A stretch of DNA of 40,726 nt, taken from contig NW_013657672.1 of the NCBI RefSeq assembly GCF_000142905.1, positions 518,753 through 559,478 of the forward strand. Reading direction: 5' to 3'. A program made the position numbers and the translations under genes. The notes below the pieces were generated by a model, which worked only from the letters and a program-made list of their open reading frames with translations, searched no databases and was not told where the DNA came from. This DNA comes from Thecamonas trahens ATCC 50062. Taxonomy: Eukaryota > Protista > Apusomonadida. Shown here piece by piece: positions 39,801-40,726 of the stretch. Each line of letters opens with the position of its first letter. Position 1 is the first letter of the stretch.

Positions 39801-40726
39801 CTGCGGCGGAATGATCGAGGTGAGCGAGTCGACAAACGACTCGAGCTGCTCGGGAGTGTCGGCAAAGGCGGCGCCAAAGGCGTCAATGTGCGAGGTGAGG
39901 CCGACGAGGAGGCGGACGAGGTGGAGGCGGAGGTGGGCGAGTTGGGCCGCCGAGTAGACGGCGGAGGAGCCGGCTGAACGGGCCTTAGCGGCGCCGGCCA
40001 GGCGCGAGAAGAGGGCAGAGAGGACCTTGAACAAGCTCTTGCCCTCGATGGCGTGGATGACGGTGCGGAGGAAACCGAGGGCATGGAGCTGCTGGCTCAC
40101 AATCTTGGCGGCGGCGCCCTTGTCGATGCCGGACTCATCCGAGGCGGCAAAGGTGGCAAGGGCAAAGGAGGCGACGGCCTTGCGGGCAAACTTGGCGGTC
40201 TTCTCGCTCACGCGCGAGTTCTTGGCGATGCCGAGGACGAGGCGGACGCCCTCGGCAGCCTGCTTGCGGACCTTGGGCTTTTCGTGAAGAACAAGCGAGA
40301 TGAGGCCGTCAAGAGCCGAGGAGGCGACCGAGTTGGGCGCGCGGTAAGCCGATCGCGGGACCGACTCGAGGATGGCGGCGAGGCAAGTGATGCCCGCGCG
40401 GAGAAAGGCAACATCCTTTGCGACCGCCGGCATGGCCATCATGGCGCCGATGAGCTTGAGCGAGTCGTCAGCTCGCTTTGCCAGCAGTTGCTGAGGAACA
40501 TGAGCCAGAATGAGAGAGAGAATGCGCAGAGCACCATAGACGGACATGGGCTCGGGCGAGGCCTTTGCCGCCAGAGCATCCAGAAAGACCATGGTAGCTG
40601 AAAAGTAGGTAGAAGGCGAGCGAGAAGCATGTTCCGAGAGAATGGTCTCCGTCACAGCTTCATACAGAGCATACGTCCGCTGATGCCGTTCCACCTTTTT
40701 CGACTTTTGCGCCAGTAGCGGCGCCA
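36819..40726 (-). CDS. RRP12: Ribosomal RNA-processing protein 12 (HEAT-repeat/NUC173); 5' end beyond window
   Basis: KPKVRK.A, LW.LFP.FC..P.D, QK.SYR.L and the C-terminal G..YRAKKAGGDVK.KG..DPYAYI.L signature. The frame is open to the window edge. Confidence 0.93.
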   Translation of the reverse strand, partial: APLLAQKSKKVERHQRTYALYEAVTETILSEHASRSPSTYFSATMVFLDALAAKASPEPMSVYGALRILSLILAHVPQQLLAKRADDSLKLIGAMMAMPAVAKDVAFLRAGITCLAAILESVPRSAYRAPNSVASSALDGLISLVLHEKPKVRKQAAEGVRLVLGIAKNSRVSEKTAKFARKAVASFALATFAASDESGIDKGAAAKIVSQQLHALGFLRTVIHAIEGKSLFKVLSALFSRLAGAAKARSAGSSAVYSAAQLAHLRLHLVRLLVGLTSHIDAFGAAFADTPEQLESFVDSLTSIIPPQGSATASALAMDVGASAKAASSIASTTGIDVEVEIAYVKVMRNALFVLGLVNTAAAGDRVPAFVSRCIDLLSHDSRQLAQAALNGLRRVLASVVELGHLGSGSLQAVIAAVAAGLSFKHKNVWGAVLAAASALFIPLTLDRSEAPGADEHNTAVRAAFEAGISSGILARLSDIAASPDFKDTRALYHCVGEALRAFGPGPVCAVVPMALVPPEDTAANPAPANDWMLLVMKKYVVRAKLQYFMQYIEPAANAILARSLSALNDDDMPVLAKNLSMRALLLWDLFPAFCRSPVDVPKVWDRLAALMGRTLESEPELRTTVCAGLRRLISHALAVHDGSAAAARPSPPPTAGPYAAALVTADTLLTPAGRVASLEASLTLEQADAILSLLVDAAPEFIDLLVKLFLDADPSAREYLGSTLKAYAHIARGPKLDKLFRKLAKALLKSSTDDSIPLADKLAQQHNLTALAVVLVGGLSDDSLELLYKVIEPQLTHTDTTLQKTSYRVLSAMITASPSFLETNLARILATLRSGTEASLSAARSLRLSCVAALVRALPPAALSHVVSPDDSTLLVELIVATRESGKAAAAMDLMKAIATQVATGDADYDMPTLAALVLIGVTNPDSELVAGSLGIYTYIMVRFGDHLPEAFVIKTFPTVIQLLKSDVTAVVRAALHHLERAIKIVPPPVLGTRAGDIAEATLDYAGHRKGSFRKIIRSIWEKLVVLLGGFDELKALVPKNHNKYFANLRHELKVRARNKSADRNAKHAAKGGDDDINDVYLGVDSDDDDDATDSAHVPASDADAGFAVREVDDEFMDFLDPSAATHLVKRDAAGNVTGAHSSRNGKAKAGLPLASDGRIVVAENDDDADDEHAAKPSRKRRSRHGSDDDDNDNGGGVAAMAVEGSGPRKLYKPNKRAKRNDGAVVQSGAKYRAKKAGGDVKLKGEADPYAYIKLNRKDLNKRHRRQASGKYEKIVSAAQEAGKRAQRVAKKKHAQRKRR

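Overview
Gene-dense, GC-rich eukaryotic genomic DNA from a draft assembly with four N gaps next to poly-G/C or G-rich tracts. Compact spacing, few 5'-biased introns and gene content suggest a flagellated protist. An apusomonad such as Thecamonas is my inference, not something the sequence shows. I support 21 protein-coding genes, in order: PDE9-like phosphodiesterase (3' exon), small IQ-motif protein, cyclin H, CIA2/MIP18, calmodulin-like protein, coiled-coil protein, AN1-zinc-finger anoctamin, glyoxalase II, RPB6, GHL10/DUF187 hydrolase, DUF1295 protein, TPP1/Est3-like OB-fold protein, CTR9 (one frameshift), SEY1/RHD3, adenylate kinase-ropporin/RSP11 fusion, class 3 lipase, PP2A B56, kinesin-3, Vps62-like protein, ankyrin+JMJD8-like JmjC protein and RRP12 (5' partial). 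Several small first exons missed by the ORF track were rebuilt from phase-matched splice sites. The most notable items are: the AK-ropporin fusion with a degenerate AK motif; the zf-AN1-anoctamin fusion with a degenerate Ca2+ site; a hidden TPP1/Est3 homolog; a neurogranin/GAP-43-like IQ protein near a polybasic calmodulin-like gene; branch-point-driven introns lacking polypyrimidine tracts; and a hairpin-rich intergenic candidate ncRNA. All family assignments come from recognising motifs by eye. No searches were run. No CRISPR, rRNA, complete tRNA or mobile element was found.
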